Of a stretch of 64,000 nt of DNA, positions 41,995 through 55,029 are shown in pieces. Made by a program: the position numbers and the translations under genes. The stretch spans positions 42,966,001 through 43,030,000 of the forward strand of contig OX597835.1 in NCBI GenBank assembly GCA_951406725.2, read 5' to 3'. The DNA is from Octopus vulgaris (Eukaryota). How positions within the stretch are numbered: position 1 is the stretch's first letter; each line of letters opens with the position of its first letter. The notes under the pieces are model-generated. The model saw only the letters and a list, made by a program, of their open reading frames with translations. It was not told the origin of the DNA and searched no databases.

Positions 41995-42600
41995 GATGGG
42001 CTTCTACACAATTTCCATTTGTCAAATTCACTCTCAATAGCTAGGCTTAGAGCTATAGTTGAAACCACTTGCCCAAGGTGCCTCATAATGGGCCTGAACC
42101 CGGAACCACATAGCTTCAAAGTGAGCTTCTCGACCACACAGAAAAGTCTGCAGTTATAAAACAAAATTCTTACAGAAGAATTGTGAGACGGCTGAATGGA
42201 TAAGCAGCTGGGCTGCCAGAGTATAGGTTAAGGGTTCAAATGCATGATAGGTGTCTTGTGTTTCTGCATAGAACATTTTATTCATCATTACCTCTCTTCA
42301 AGTTGAACAAGCCCCTTAACCCTTTGGGGGTCATTGGAGTGCTGTAGCCATGCAGTGTATCTAGGGTGAGAAAGCCGGGCAGAGACCATCCCTCTCCAGG
42401 CTGAACTCATTTCTACAGCTGAGTGAACTGGAACAATATGAAATGAAGTGTCTTGCTCAAGAACACAACACATTGCCTGGTACAGGGATTGAAACCACAA
42501 TTTTACAGTCATGAATCCAACAGCCTAACCACTAAGTGATACACCTCCACCAGTGGTACTCATTAATACAGCTGAGTGGACTGCAGCAACATGAAACGAA

Positions 42601-42693
42601 GTGGCACCTTGGGCAAGTGTCTTCTACTATAGCCTCGGGCTGACCAAAGCATGTGAGTGGATTTGGTAGATGGAAACTGAAAGAAGCCAGTCG

Positions 42694-42751
<58 letters not shown>

Positions 42752-42963
42752 TGTGTCTGTGTTTGTCACCCTAGCATTGCTTGACAACCAATGCTGGTGT
42801 GTTTATGTCCCTGTTACTTAGCGGTTCGGCAAAAAGAGACCGATAGAATAAGCACTGGGCTTACAAAAGAATAAGTCCCGGGGTCAAGTTGCTCGATTAA
42901 AGGCGGTGCTCCAGCATGGCCATAGTCAAATGACTGAAACAAGTAAAAGAGTAAAAGAGTAAA
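42601..42963 (+). mobile_element. SINE A (5'-truncated)
   Basis: Starts at GTGGCACCTTGGGCAAG; nested in another SINE. Confidence 0.8.
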
Positions 42964-44516
42964 GTGTCTTGCTCAAGAACACAATGGATCCAGGAATGGA
43001 AACTGCAATCTTAGGTTGTTGTGAATCCAATGCCTTAACCACATTAAATGGGAGCACCATCTGCAAGAGACTAGCGACCTATCCAGATCAGTGATTCGTG
43101 TCTCATTTGCTTCACTACAAAACCAAAAATGAAGTACCAACTCTCAAACTCCCCTCCAGGGACACGAAGAACACTTATGTTGCTGTTCTTTGGTTTAGCC
43201 CTATAGTATTCAGATATTATTCTGTCAAATGTTTTAGCACTGGCTTGACTGGCTTCTGTGCCGGTGGCACGTAAAAAGCACCATCCGAACGTGGCCGATG
43301 CCAGCACCGCCTTGACTGGCTTCTGTGCCAGTGGCACGTAAAAAGCACCAACCGATCATGGCCACTGCCAGCCTCCCCTGGCACCTGTGCTGGTGGCACG
43401 TAAAAAGCACCCACTACACTCATGGAGTGGTTGACATTAAGAAGGGCATTGAGCTGTAGAAACACTGCCAGATCAGACTGAGCCTGGAGCAGCCTTCTGG
43501 CTTCCCAGACCCCGGTCGAACTGTCCAACCCGTGCTAGCATGGAAAATGGACGTTAAATGATGATGATGATGATTGTTTGGAATTAATTCTGTATTATCT
43601 CATATATTTGAGATTTCAATGATGTGATTGTTTGCTCTTATGATGACATTGCAGGTTAGGTCTGAGAGGCCAGATCTGGTCAGTTTGATTGTAAAATAGT
43701 CAGAATATTTGGGCCAGATATGGCCAGTTTGAATGTTAACAGGCTAAACGACCCCAATCAGATCAACCCTTATTCAGCAGAGCTATGATTGAAGAAGTTC
43801 CAACCATGACCATCCCGTCCTTTCTTTGAAAGTAACATACCTAAGAGATTAACATTTGTGTCCTTCCTTTTCCAAAACAGTAGGGGGATTGTGACTGGAG
43901 GAGGAATTGGCTGCTATTTCTCTCTGGTCATATGACTCTTTAGAAGCTCTACTCTCTACCAAAAATACTAATTGTGTTGGGTTATATCAAGGTTACTTGT
44001 GGGAAGAGACTGTGAAAGAAGGATTAAGGAGTTATGTACTCAATACTGGTGTATGCGACATTGTAATGATCATACTGGCATTGTAGAGACTAATAGTAAT
44101 TCTACACCATCCACATACCACTGACACAGAATTGAATAAAAGAAAGGAAAAATTCCAGCTGTTTTTTTGCTATTTTCTCCACACCAAAATGGGTGGAACA
44201 GACCTGCAAATTTATACATTTTCCTGATCTCTTCACGTAATTGCCTGCCTACTTAGATGTTGTTTTGAAGGAAAGACATTGTTGTTTGGATAATCTGCCA
44301 TAGAAGTGAAAAGAACTGTGAAATGATGAAGATTATTAAAGACGAAGCACTTGAGAGTTTGGAAGACGGATCGGTGGAATAACGTCTTGAACAAGGATGG
44401 AGTATGTTGTGCTAATACAATCTCTGCTGATTGCAAGAATGTTTAATCATTCCGGAGCAGATGGACCACCATCCAACATCATACACACACACACACACAT
44501 GGACACACACACACAC

Positions 44517-44548
<32 letters not shown>

Positions 44549-44890
44549 AAATATATATGAAAATATATGTATATGTTTATACATACATACATGCACACAT
44601 ACACACACATATATACATACATACATTGTAATTATATATATATATATAAATGAATATAGACACATACATACATGCATATTATATATCAATCCATTTCTCT
44701 CTCCCTCCCCCTCCCGCTCTCCCTCACCATCAACTAATAACATATTCACTCTCTACAGCCAACCTCCAGTATTTTGCTTCTGCTCCCACCAATACTCACC
44801 TCTTTTTCCTCCAACTTCAATCATTAGAACTATGACAACAAACCAACTACAACAATGCGTGCTCACTTAATATCAATATTTATGATACCA

Positions 44891-44936
<46 letters not shown>

Positions 44937-45163
44937 CTTTTACTCTTTTACTTGATTCAGTCATTTGACTGTGGTCATGCTGGAGCACTGCCTTTAGTTG
45001 AACAAATCAACCCCAGGACTTATTCTTTGTAAGCCTGGTACTTATTCTATCGGTCTCTTTTGCTGAACTGCTAAGTTATGGGGGATATAAACTCACCAAC
45101 ATTGGTTGTCAAGCGATGGTGGGGGGGACAAACACAGACACACACACATATACATATATATGT

Positions 45164-45222
<59 letters not shown>

Positions 45223-45383
45223 AGAGGCTTCTTTCAGTTTCCGTTTACCAAATCCACTCGCAAGGCTTTGGTCAGCCTGAGGCTATAGTAGAAGACACTT
45301 GCCCAAGGCCCCACACAGGGGGACTGAACCCAGAACCATGTGGTTGGTAAGCAAGCTTCTTACCACACAGCCACTCCTGTGCC
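44937..45383 (-). mobile_element. SINE A full copy
   Basis: Family consensus, reverse strand. Confidence 0.85.
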
Positions 45384-45394
45384 TTACATACATA

Positions 45395-45574
45395 TTATTC
45401 AAAACCATTTGGTTCGGTTTCAATGCTGCTTCAAGTTTCCCAAACTGCTAATGAAGCCTGTCTCCTTCAGGCTCTTTTTTCCAGGCGACAGGTGACAGGC
45501 GACAGGTGACAGGTTCCTTTAGGACCCCCAAAACTTGAAGTAGCACAGAAACTGAACCAAACTGTTTTAAATAA
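45395..45574. repeat. Diverged inverted repeat with internal (GGYGACA)4 tandem
   Basis: TTATTCAAAACCATTTGGTTCGGTTTC..CTTCAAGTTT versus AAACTTGAAG..GAAACTGAACCAAACTGTTTTAAATAA. Confidence 0.65.
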
Positions 45575-45766
45575 CTCCTATTAAATGTGTTGAATGCTCT
45601 TTTCTTTCATTTGTCCAGCATGGCTGTGTGGTAAGAAGCTTGCTTCCCAACCACATGGTTCCAGGTTCAGTCCTACAGTGTGGTACCTTGGCCAAGCGTC
45701 TTCTACTATAGCCTCAGGCTGACCAAAGCCTTTTGAGAAAATTTGGGAGATGGAAACTGGAAACTG

Positions 45767-45810
<44 letters not shown>

Positions 45811-46048
45811 GTATATATATATGCGTGTGTGTGTGTGTATCAGGCATGTGTCATGAGTAATTACTTAGGGTAGGCAGTTGGTGACTTTTACGTAGTAAAA
45901 CACACAAAAAAATAAGCGAAACACAAGCACACAACTGAGTTGAAGGCAGATTTACTTCTGCCTTTATAGCGCGTAAACTTTTTCTCCTGCACTTACTCCG
46001 GAAGCAACTGTAGGTTGCGACAGCAACAATCTTCAGTCATATATATAT

Positions 46049-46320
46049 AGGGAGAGTTTACGGAAAAAAACAAAAGACGAAGACAGGTGGTGTACAAAAC
46101 AAACAGATGTATTAGTATAACGCTCAGGAATAGAAAAAGTCTTTTACGTTTCGAGCCTACGCTCTTCTACAGAAAGGGACACGGAGAGAAACAAGGAAAG
46201 ATAAAAATGTGTGTAGTGGCTAATGATCAATCATGGCGACTGACTCGGACAAAAGGGCCACACACGAGAAGGAAAGTAGGGGAGATAACAAGGTGAAGAT
46301 GACCCCCAACACGAAGGTGC
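46049..46320 (-). mobile_element. Dispersed repeat family E (carries the 46141 hammerhead-like motif)
   Basis: AAACAAAAGA.GAAGACAGGTG..TGTATTAGT.T.AC.CTCAGGAA also at ~24740-24818, with a diverged partial copy at ~27470-27535. Confidence 0.6.
46141..46176 (-). ncRNA. Minimal hammerhead-like motif with non-canonical core (CTGTAGA)
   Basis: Reverse complement CTTT-CTGTAGA-A-GAGC-GTAG-GCTC-GAAA-CG-TA-AAAG. Confidence 0.45.
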
Positions 46321-46435
46321 GTGTGTGTATAAGAGAGTATGTATGTGCGTGTGTGTATAAGAGAGTATGTATGTGCGTGTGAAAGAGGGCTGGTGGTCTG
46401 GACATGTGCGTGTATGTATGTGTAGGTGTGAAAAC

Positions 46436-46467
<32 letters not shown>

Positions 46468-46568
46468 CAGGCTGAATACTTGATAACTGTAAGCACCTGT
46501 ATATGCCAGTTAGTGGTGTAGGTGATAGGGTATATTTATCAAAAGAAAAACAGGATGCAAATGATTTA

Positions 46569-46655
46569 GTGGTACATATGTTTCTGGCTTTATTGGACAG
46601 TTTATATCAATGCATAATTGATGTAACATGTATGTCAATAGCCTTCTTCAGCCGC
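46569..46655 (-). ncRNA. Type I hammerhead ribozyme motif (family H1, inverted arm, one stem I mismatch)
   Basis: Reverse complement GCGG-CTGAAGA-A-GGCT..AGCC-A-GAAA-CATATG-TA-CCAC. Confidence 0.7.
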
Positions 46656-47105
46656 GCACAATTACCACACCAAAGACATGTATTACATTATAGCAGGTTA
46701 TTTTTTTATTTTTTTATCCCTTTATATTTTTATTTTACGTCTTTTATTTTTTCGCTTCTTTATCTTTATTTATTTATATACTTATATACTTATTTTTTTA
46801 CTCTTATTTTTTTACATTACTTTTTTTACATTTTTACTTTTTTATTACATTTTGCACTTACTATTTTTCCTCTTTGTGATCCCAAACTCATTAGAGATTC
46901 ACCCCCTTCCACTCCTTCCCTCTTTATCTCAACATCCAACCTCCTCATTCTATATCGAGTGAAAAACGGTATGGACGTTTTGTTTTCGTGTCTCACTCTG
47001 CTCTATACGACTATGAGGATTTGCATCCCCAACGGAACTCGTCTTTTTCCCAAACTTCTCAAACCTGCTATAATGTAATACATGTCTTTGGTGTGGTAAT
47101 TGTGT

Positions 47106-47192
47106 GCGGCTGAAGAAGGCTATTGACATACATGTTACATCAATTATGCATTGATATAAACTGTCCAATAAAGCCAGAAACATATGTACCGC
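47106..47192 (+). ncRNA. Type I hammerhead ribozyme motif (family H1, diverged subfamily)
   Basis: GCGG-CTGAAGA-A-GGCT..AGCC-A-GAAA-CATATG-TA-CCGC. Confidence 0.78.
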
Positions 47193-47381
47193 TAAATCCT
47201 TTGCATCCTGTTTTTCTTTTGATAAATATATATATATATATGTATATATGTATATATATATCCTTAAAATCCTTAAAAATGTTTTGGCCCGAAGGCCGCG
47301 GCCATGCTGGGGCACCACCGCTGTTTATATATGTTTATATATATGTATGTATATTTATATATGTTTATATATATATATACG

Positions 47382-47410
<29 letters not shown>

Positions 47411-47414
<4 letters not shown>

Positions 47415-47740
47415 TGACATATATTTGCCATTTAAGTATGGCTAACCCCTAAGGGGGGATGCTACTGTCGTTTGTAGCCCCAGGAGGATACATCCTCCAG
47501 TTGGCTTTAGTTGCCATTTAAATATGGCTAACCCCTAAGATGGCTGAAGGTTACTGTAGTTTGTAGCCCCAGGAGGAAACCTCCTCCAGCTGGCTTTAGT
47601 GTGTCTAAAGCCAGTTGGAGGAGGTGTCCTCCTGGGGCTACAAACTACAGTAGCATCCACCCCCTTAGGGGTTAGCCATATTTAAATGGCAAATACATGT
47701 CACGATGTGTTGCAGCTACTGTTTATAACTCGCTCTAAGA
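47411..47740. mobile_element. Two tandem ~88-bp units followed by one inverted unit, in (TA)n
   Basis: Unit TTGCCATTTAA.TATGGCTAACCCCTAAG..GGCTTTAG at ~47425 and 47511; inverted copy 47605-47706. Confidence 0.85.
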
Positions 47741-47742
47741 TA

Positions 47743-47826
<84 letters not shown>

Positions 47827-48132
47827 GTATGTATGAATGTATGTATGTATGTACGTATGTATGTATGTATGTATGTAAATGTGTGTGTGCATGTATGTAT
47901 GTATGTATAATAGGCACAGGCATGGATTTGTGGTTCAGTCACAGATCTGTGTCATCTTGGGTAAGTGTCTACTACTATAAACTTGGGCCAACCAAAGCCT
48001 TGTGAGTGGATTTGGTAGATGGAAACTGAAAGAAGCCTGTCATATATATATATATAATATATTTTATCCACACACATATACATATATACATGTATATATA
48101 TATATATGTGTGTATATATATATATATGTGGT

Positions 48133-48176
<44 letters not shown>

Positions 48177-50269
48177 TGTATGTATGTGTCTATGTGTGTG
48201 TGTCTCTGTGTTTGTCCCTGCGTCACTGCTTGACAGCTGGTGTTAGTTTGTTTACATCCTCGTAACTTAGCAGTTCAGCAAAAAAGACTGATAGAATAAA
48301 TACTAGACTTCAAAAAAAAAAAGGGGGCCTGAGGTAGATTTGTTCAATTAATGCCATTCAAGGCAGTGCTCCAGCATGGCCACAGTCAAATGACTGAAAC
48401 AAGCAAATGGATGAAAGAACACACACACACACACACACATATATATAATACTTACAACATTTAATAAAATGATGTAGTACGAAACGATCGTACCAAATTA
48501 CCGGAGTCATTCTTGTTGCTTATTTTGAGTATATATATATATATAATTTCTTTCTTTTCGAATTCTTTTCTTTTATGAGGGTTTTCACGCTAACTACCTG
48601 ATAATTTCTTGTTAAGATTCCTTATTAAGAAATTATCCTTAATTGTTAAATATATATATATATATATAATCGAAATCGATCAATGGAAATCGATCAATGG
48701 AAATTGCAGATGTGTTACCAGTGCCGGTGGCATGTAAGAGAACCTTCCGTTTCATGACCGTTGCCAGCACCGCCCCGTTTCGTGTCCGTTGCCAGCCTCG
48801 CCAGGCCCTCGTGCCGGTGGCACATAAAAAGCACCATCCGTTCGTGGCCGTTTGCCAGCTCTGTCTGGCACCTGTGCGGGTGGCACGTAAAAAGCACCCA
48901 CTACACTCATGGAGTGGTTGGCGTTAGGAAGGGCATCCAGCCGTAGGAACACTGCCAGATCAGACTGGGCCTGATGCAGCCTTCTGGCTTCACAGACCCC
49001 AGTTGAACCATCCAACCCATGCTAGCATGGAAAGCGGACGCTAAATGATGATGATGATGATGATGATGATATATATATATAGGCAGATGAATTTGGCCTT
49101 CAGAAAAAGATAAGTTACTGAAAAGGTTGTGAATGGCAACAAAAGAACTTTGATGAGCACAAAAAACAAAACAAAAAAAGCAAAATGATTGTTAAACGAA
49201 TAAGTTTAAACAAACGATCAATTAGTTGGATAAATATTTAACCATTTGACTAATATTAAAGGAGTGGAATTGGACTGGTACATGTGGTATTAATGTTGGC
49301 ATTATGCCTCTCCCGAGAAACAACAAAATTTGTTTCAGCACATGAATCCTTATAAAGAATCTCACAACACTAATAAAAAAAAAACAAGGTGTATATCTGT
49401 GTGTGTATATATATATTCTTTTCTACTCTAGGCACAAGGCCCAAAATTTTTGGGTAGGGGGTTAATAGATTAGATCAACACCAGTACGCAACTGGTACAT
49501 TATATATATATATATATATATATATACCAGTGCCGGTGGCACGTAAGCGAACCATCTGAACGTGACCATTGCCAGCACCACCCCGATGGGCCGGTGGCAC
49601 GTAAAAAAGCACCATCCGTTCGTGGCGTTGCCAGTCTCACCTGGCCCCGTGCTGGTGGCATGTAAAAGCACCATCTGATCGTGGCTGTTGCTAGCCTCGC
49701 CTGGCCCCCGTGCCGGTGGCACATAAAAAGCACCATCCGACCGTGGCCATTTGCCAGCCTCGTCTGGTACCTCTGCCGGTGACACGTAAAAAGCACTCAC
49801 TACACTCACAGAGTGGTTGGCGTTAGGAAGGGCATCCAGCCGTAGAAACATTGCCAGATCAGACTGGGCCTAGTGCAGCCTTCTGGCTTCCCAGACCCCA
49901 GCTGAACCGTCCAACCCATGCCAGCATGGAAAGCGGACGCTAAATGATGATGATGATTATGATGATATATATATATATGTTTTTATTCTTTTATTCTTTT
50001 ACTTGTTTCAGTCATTTGACTGCAGCCCCGCTGGAGCACTGCTTTAGTCGAACAAATCGATCCCAGGGCTTCTTCCTTGTAAGCCTAGTGCTTATTCTAT
50101 CGGTTCTCTTTTGCTAAACTGGTAAGTTACAGGGACATGAACACACCAACATCAGTTATCAAGTGATGGTGGAGGGACAAGCACTCACACACACATATAC
50201 GATGGGCTTCTTTCAGTTTCCGTCCACCAAATCCACTCAAAGTTTTGGTTGGCCCGAGTTATAATTGGA

Positions 50270-50350
<81 letters not shown>

Positions 50351-50610
50351 TACATACATTCCAATTGTCTGTTGTGGCATGGTTTCTATGGTTGGATGCC
50401 ATTCCTAATGCCAACCACTCAAGAGAACATACTGGGTGCCATTTATGTGCCAGCAGCACAGGTGCATTTATGCAACACCTGCATGGGTGCATTCATACAG
50501 CACTGGCACAGGTGCTTTTTATGTGCAGCTGGCACCTGAAGGGCCACGCCTGAATGCATGGAAGACAGCGATTTTACTAAGCTTCACACATCAATGCACA
50601 TCATTATATA

Positions 50611-50772
50611 GGCGCAGGAGTAGCTGTGTGGTAAGTAGCTTGCTTACCAGCCACATGGTTCCGGGTTCAGTCCCACTGCGTGGCACCTTGGGCAAGTGTC
50701 TTCTCCTACAGCCTCAGGCCAACCAAAGCTTTGTGAGTGGATTTGGTAGATGGAAACTGAAGGAAGCCTGTC

Positions 50773-50820
<48 letters not shown>

Positions 50821-51030
50821 TTGTGTGTCTGTATTTGTCCCCCCAACATCGCTTGACAACCGATGCTGGTGTGTTTACGTCCCCGTAACTTAGCAGTTCG
50901 GCAAAAGAAACCGATAGAATAAGTACTAGAATTCCAAAGAATAAGTCCTGGGGTCGATTTGCTTGACTTAAGACAATGCTCCAACATGGCTACCGTCGAA
51001 TGACTGAAACAAGTAAAAGAGTAAAAGAGT
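50611..51030 (+). mobile_element. SINE A full copy
   Basis: GGCGCAGGAGTAGCTGTGTGG head to AGTAAAAGAG tail. Confidence 0.85.
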
Positions 51031-51036
51031 AGAGTA

Positions 51037-51515
51037 TAATGTCTGCCATTATCCAGTTTTATTTCAACATTTCTTACCAATAGAGAAAGAACCAGTTTCC
51101 AGCCTAGACCCAAGGCTCCTTCATTGGAATTTCAACAACAATGGTATTTTGCATGTATGTGTATGTGCAGTATTTGGAGTCTGTGCATGTGCAGATTTTC
51201 ATGTTGCATTTTACGCATGTATTCTCATGCATATAGTTAGTTGCATGTCTAGACATGCTCTTACCTACTGAAATGATAAGCTTCTGGAAACTTTTTTACA
51301 AATTTTTGCAGTTCCAGTGATGGCTTCATTCTGAAGTCTTTGAACTAGCTTTCTCTTTTCTAGTTTTCAGAAGCCTAATTTCTCAAGATTGGTATTTAAG
51401 CAGTGTGTTATATATCCCAGTACCCCAATAATTACAGGTATAAACCTAGGCTTGTAATCTAGATAGAGTAGAGTTGCTGTAGATTCCTCAATAGTTCAGT
51501 GTAGGTATTTTCTTT
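51037..51515 (-). pseudogene. RLE-type non-LTR 3' fragment with probable 3' UTR
   Basis: ENTYTELLRNLQQLY / RFIPVIIGVLG..LQNEAITGTAKICK. Confidence 0.6.
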
Positions 51516-52071
51516 TATGTATGTATGTATTTATATGACCTGGGTATGATTTTAAACTGTATGTAGAAGTGGGGTCCTGGTTTGGAAGTTCCAGGGTTTT
51601 GAAGGGTGTGAAGTTACCCCTTAGCCACTGTTTTTTAACCGGTCTACTTAGACCCAGAATCGTAACACCTGTCAGACTCCCAACAATTAGTTACCTTTCA
51701 TATAGACAGCTGGGAGTGAAGGACCCACAAGCACACACACACATATATATACATATACATATATACGACGGGCTTCTTTAAGTTTCCTTGTACCAAATTC
51801 ACTCACAAGGCTTTGGTTGGCCCGAGACTATAGTAGAAGACACTTGCCCAAGGTGCCATGCAGTGGGACTGAACCCCAAAAGAAATTTCTTGATTATAGA
51901 TGCCACCTGCTTCTCATCTCTTAGAATTTTAGCAGAATGTGTAGACAGACTCTTTCTGTTTGGTATTTCATCAACTCCAGCTGGTACCAAAGTTCCTTTC
52001 TGCCCCTCACCCCCACCATTCTCTTCTTTTTATACATCAATCACTTATTTACTAACACATCCAACAACTTC

Positions 52072-52107
<36 letters not shown>

Positions 52108-52401
52108 TTATTTCTCCCTAACATTCTCCAACGAAGCACCAGAAATCACATCTCTCCTCACAATCCAGATACCACACACCCAACCCACCTTGACTCTATG
52201 CACAGTGTGTGTGTGTGTGTGTGCATGTGTATGTGTGTATGTGTGTGTACATGTGTGAGTGCATGTGTGTATGTGCATGTGTGTGTATGTGTTTGCGTGT
52301 GTACATGTGTGTGTGAGTCTATTTGTGTGTGTTTGCATGTGTCTGAGTGTGTGTGTTTGTGTGCAAGTATGTCTGTGTGAGTGTGTGTGTGTGTGTGTGT
52401 A

Positions 52402-52438
<37 letters not shown>

Positions 52439-52847
52439 GACAGACAGAGAGTGAGACAGGGAGAGAGAGAGAGACAGACAGACAGACAGAGAGAGAGAGA
52501 GTGTGTGTGTGTGTGTGTGTGTATACCAGTATCTAGACATCATGTGATGATTGTAAATGAGCATCAATGTCATACAAGAGGGGTTGTGTTGCTTCCAGCC
52601 TTCTGTGGAAAAAACATTTCAAGTCATGAGGAAATATTACCTTGCTTGGAAACAGGTGAGGGTTGGTGGCAGGAAGGGCATCCAGCCATAGAAAAATCTG
52701 CCTCAACAAAGGTGGGGGCGGGGACGATGACGGCGGCGGTAGCAGTGGTGGTGGAGAGGTGGTGTTGGTGAAGATGTTGGTGGTGGTGGTGGTGGAAAGG
52801 TGGTGTTGGTGAAGATGGTGGTGGTGGTAGTGGTGGTGGTGTTGTTG

Positions 52848-52879
<32 letters not shown>

Positions 52880-53408
52880 GGTGGTGGTGGTGGTGGTGGT
52901 GGTGGTGGTGGTGGTGGTGGTGGTTGGTGGTGGTGGTGGTGGTGGTGGTGGTGGTGGTGGTGGTGGTGAAGATGGTGGTGGAGAGGTGGTGTTGGTGAAG
53001 ATGGTGGTGGCGGCGGCGGCGGCGGCGGCGGTGTTGGTGGTGGTGGTGGTAATGGGGTGATGATGACATTGTTGATGATGATGATGATGATGGTGATGGG
53101 TTTTCACACACGTTTTTTCCGAACTGGTTGGAAAGAAGAGTACATCTAAATATTGATGACATACCTGATAACGATCAGAGATCAAATTAATGGGAAGCAG
53201 CACAGATCTAAATATTGATAAGGTATTGATAAGGTATCGGAGATCAGATTGGAAAATAGGTCTGGATGTAAATATCATAATGTTTCATTTTTTATTTTTT
53301 TGTGCTTCGCAATGATATTAATTAGTCTGCAATTAGTTAATTAGTCTATAAGATTATAATTTTATCAATCGTAATTGTGTTTCTCAGAGAATCTTGCAGT
53401 CAAGACAA

Positions 53409-53444
<36 letters not shown>

Positions 53445-53466
53445 ATGTGTGTGTGTGTGTGTGTGC

Positions 53467-53497
<31 letters not shown>

Positions 53498-53743
53498 TGT
53501 TTTTGTGAATGTATGTTTGTCTGTAGCTGCATGTGTTTCATGTATGTGTACGTGGCCTTGCTGGAGCACTGCCTGCCAGGGTTTCATGCATGACTGTGTG
53601 GTAAGAAGTTTGCTTCCCAACCACATGGTGGCAGGTTCAGTCCTACCCTGTGGCATCTTGGGCAAGTGTCTAATACTATAGTCTCAGGCAGACCAAAGCC
53701 TTGTGAGTAGATTTCATAGACAGAAACTGAAAGAAGCCCCATC

Positions 53744-53797
<54 letters not shown>

Positions 53798-53940
53798 GAC
53801 ATTAAAACGGTGGTGGTGGTGGGGAAGATGGTGGTGGTAACTGCCCGAAATGGTCATGATTTCTGGGACTTGACTGATGAAAGAAAGCCAAGAATGAGCC
53901 GTCTTTTTTTGGCCATGTCCTTCTAATTGTTGTTTTTCTT

Positions 53941-54369
53941 GTCGGACTTTGTATGGGTGCGAGACCTGGACACTAAAGAAAGCTGACCAGAAGAAAATTA
54001 ATGCATTTGAGCTTTGGTGTTGGAGAAGACTTTTACGGATTCCATGGACAGCGAGGCTCACCAATGGAGAAGTTCTTAAGCAGATAAGGCCGAAAATGTC
54101 GCTAGAAGCTAGGATCACCAAGCATAGATTGGCATATTTTGGTCATATTATGCAGAGAAAATCCCTGGAGAAGGATATCATGCTCGGAATGGTCAGTGGC
54201 AAGAGAGGAAGAGGCCGACCAAGAACCTGCTGGCTTGACACCATCAAGAGTGATACTGGAATGGACATAGCCAATCTGAAAGAAGCAGCCCAGGATAGAA
54301 CTGACTGGAGGACACTGATCCATCGAGTAACCGAGAGTCGACTTCGACTGAGCAGATAGATAGATAGAT
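53941..54369 (+). pseudogene. RTE-clade LINE 3' fragment with (TAGA)n tail
   Basis: YGCETWTLKKAD..AFELWCWRRLLRIPW..YFGHIMQR..GKRGRGRPRTCW. Confidence 0.9.
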
Positions 54370-54570
54370 CAGTCTGAATGTTTTAATGCCCTCTATTGTG
54401 TTTTTGTTCTATTTATATATATTTCCCTCTTTACACACCCTAAAAAAATTGTAATCATGCCACATGTATCCCATACTACAGATTTTTAGGCGCATATTCC
54501 AAAATTCCAGTCTTATTGAACCTCTTAAAAGTATTTTGCACCTGAAAAATTAAGGTCATGCTAGTATATG

Positions 54571-54992
54571 GCGCATGAGGGGCTGTGTGGTAAGTAGCTT
54601 GTTTACCAACCACACGGTTCCAGGTTCAGTCCCACTGCGTGGCACCTTGGGCGAGTGTCTTCTACTATAGCCTCGGGCTGACCAAAGACTTGTGAGTGGA
54701 TTTGGTAGACGGAAACTGAAAGAAGCCCGTCATATATATGTATATATATGTGTATATATATGTGTGTGTGTGTGTGTGTGCGTGTATGTTTGTATGTCTG
54801 TGTTTGTCCCCCAGAATCGCTTGACAACCGATGCTGGTGTGTTTATGTCCCCGTCACTTAGCGGTTTGGCAAAAGAGACCGATAGAATAAGTAGTGGGCT
54901 TACAAAGAATAAGTCCCGGGGTCGAGTTGCTCGATTAAAGGCGGTGCTCCAGCATGGCTGCAGTCAAATGACTGAAACAAGTAAAAGAGAAG
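54571..54992 (+). mobile_element. SINE A full copy
   Basis: Family consensus. Confidence 0.85.
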
Positions 54993-55029
54993 AAAAAAAA
55001 AAAGAGATATGTATGTATGTGTGTCTTTG

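Larger units (their letters stand above)
46461..47230. mobile_element. Fold-back element (~170-bp arms, ~360-bp spacer), H1 family
   Basis: 46531-46699 is the reverse complement of 47062-47230; left tail AAATTCAGG.TGA.TACTTGATAA.TGTAAGCACCTGTATAT is shared with 38010-38052; (TA)n on both sides. Confidence 0.85.

Noticed and set aside
43238-43420. CRISPR-like repeat/spacer look of family C units
   Set aside because: The spacers are homologous to one another, the context is a eukaryotic retroposon, and there are no cas genes.
45443-45475. CTAATGA-AGCC..GGCT within the 45.4-kb inverted repeat
   Set aside because: No GAAA or NUH follows.
53874-53890. CTGATGA-AA-GAAA
   Set aside because: No stems I, II or III; chance match.
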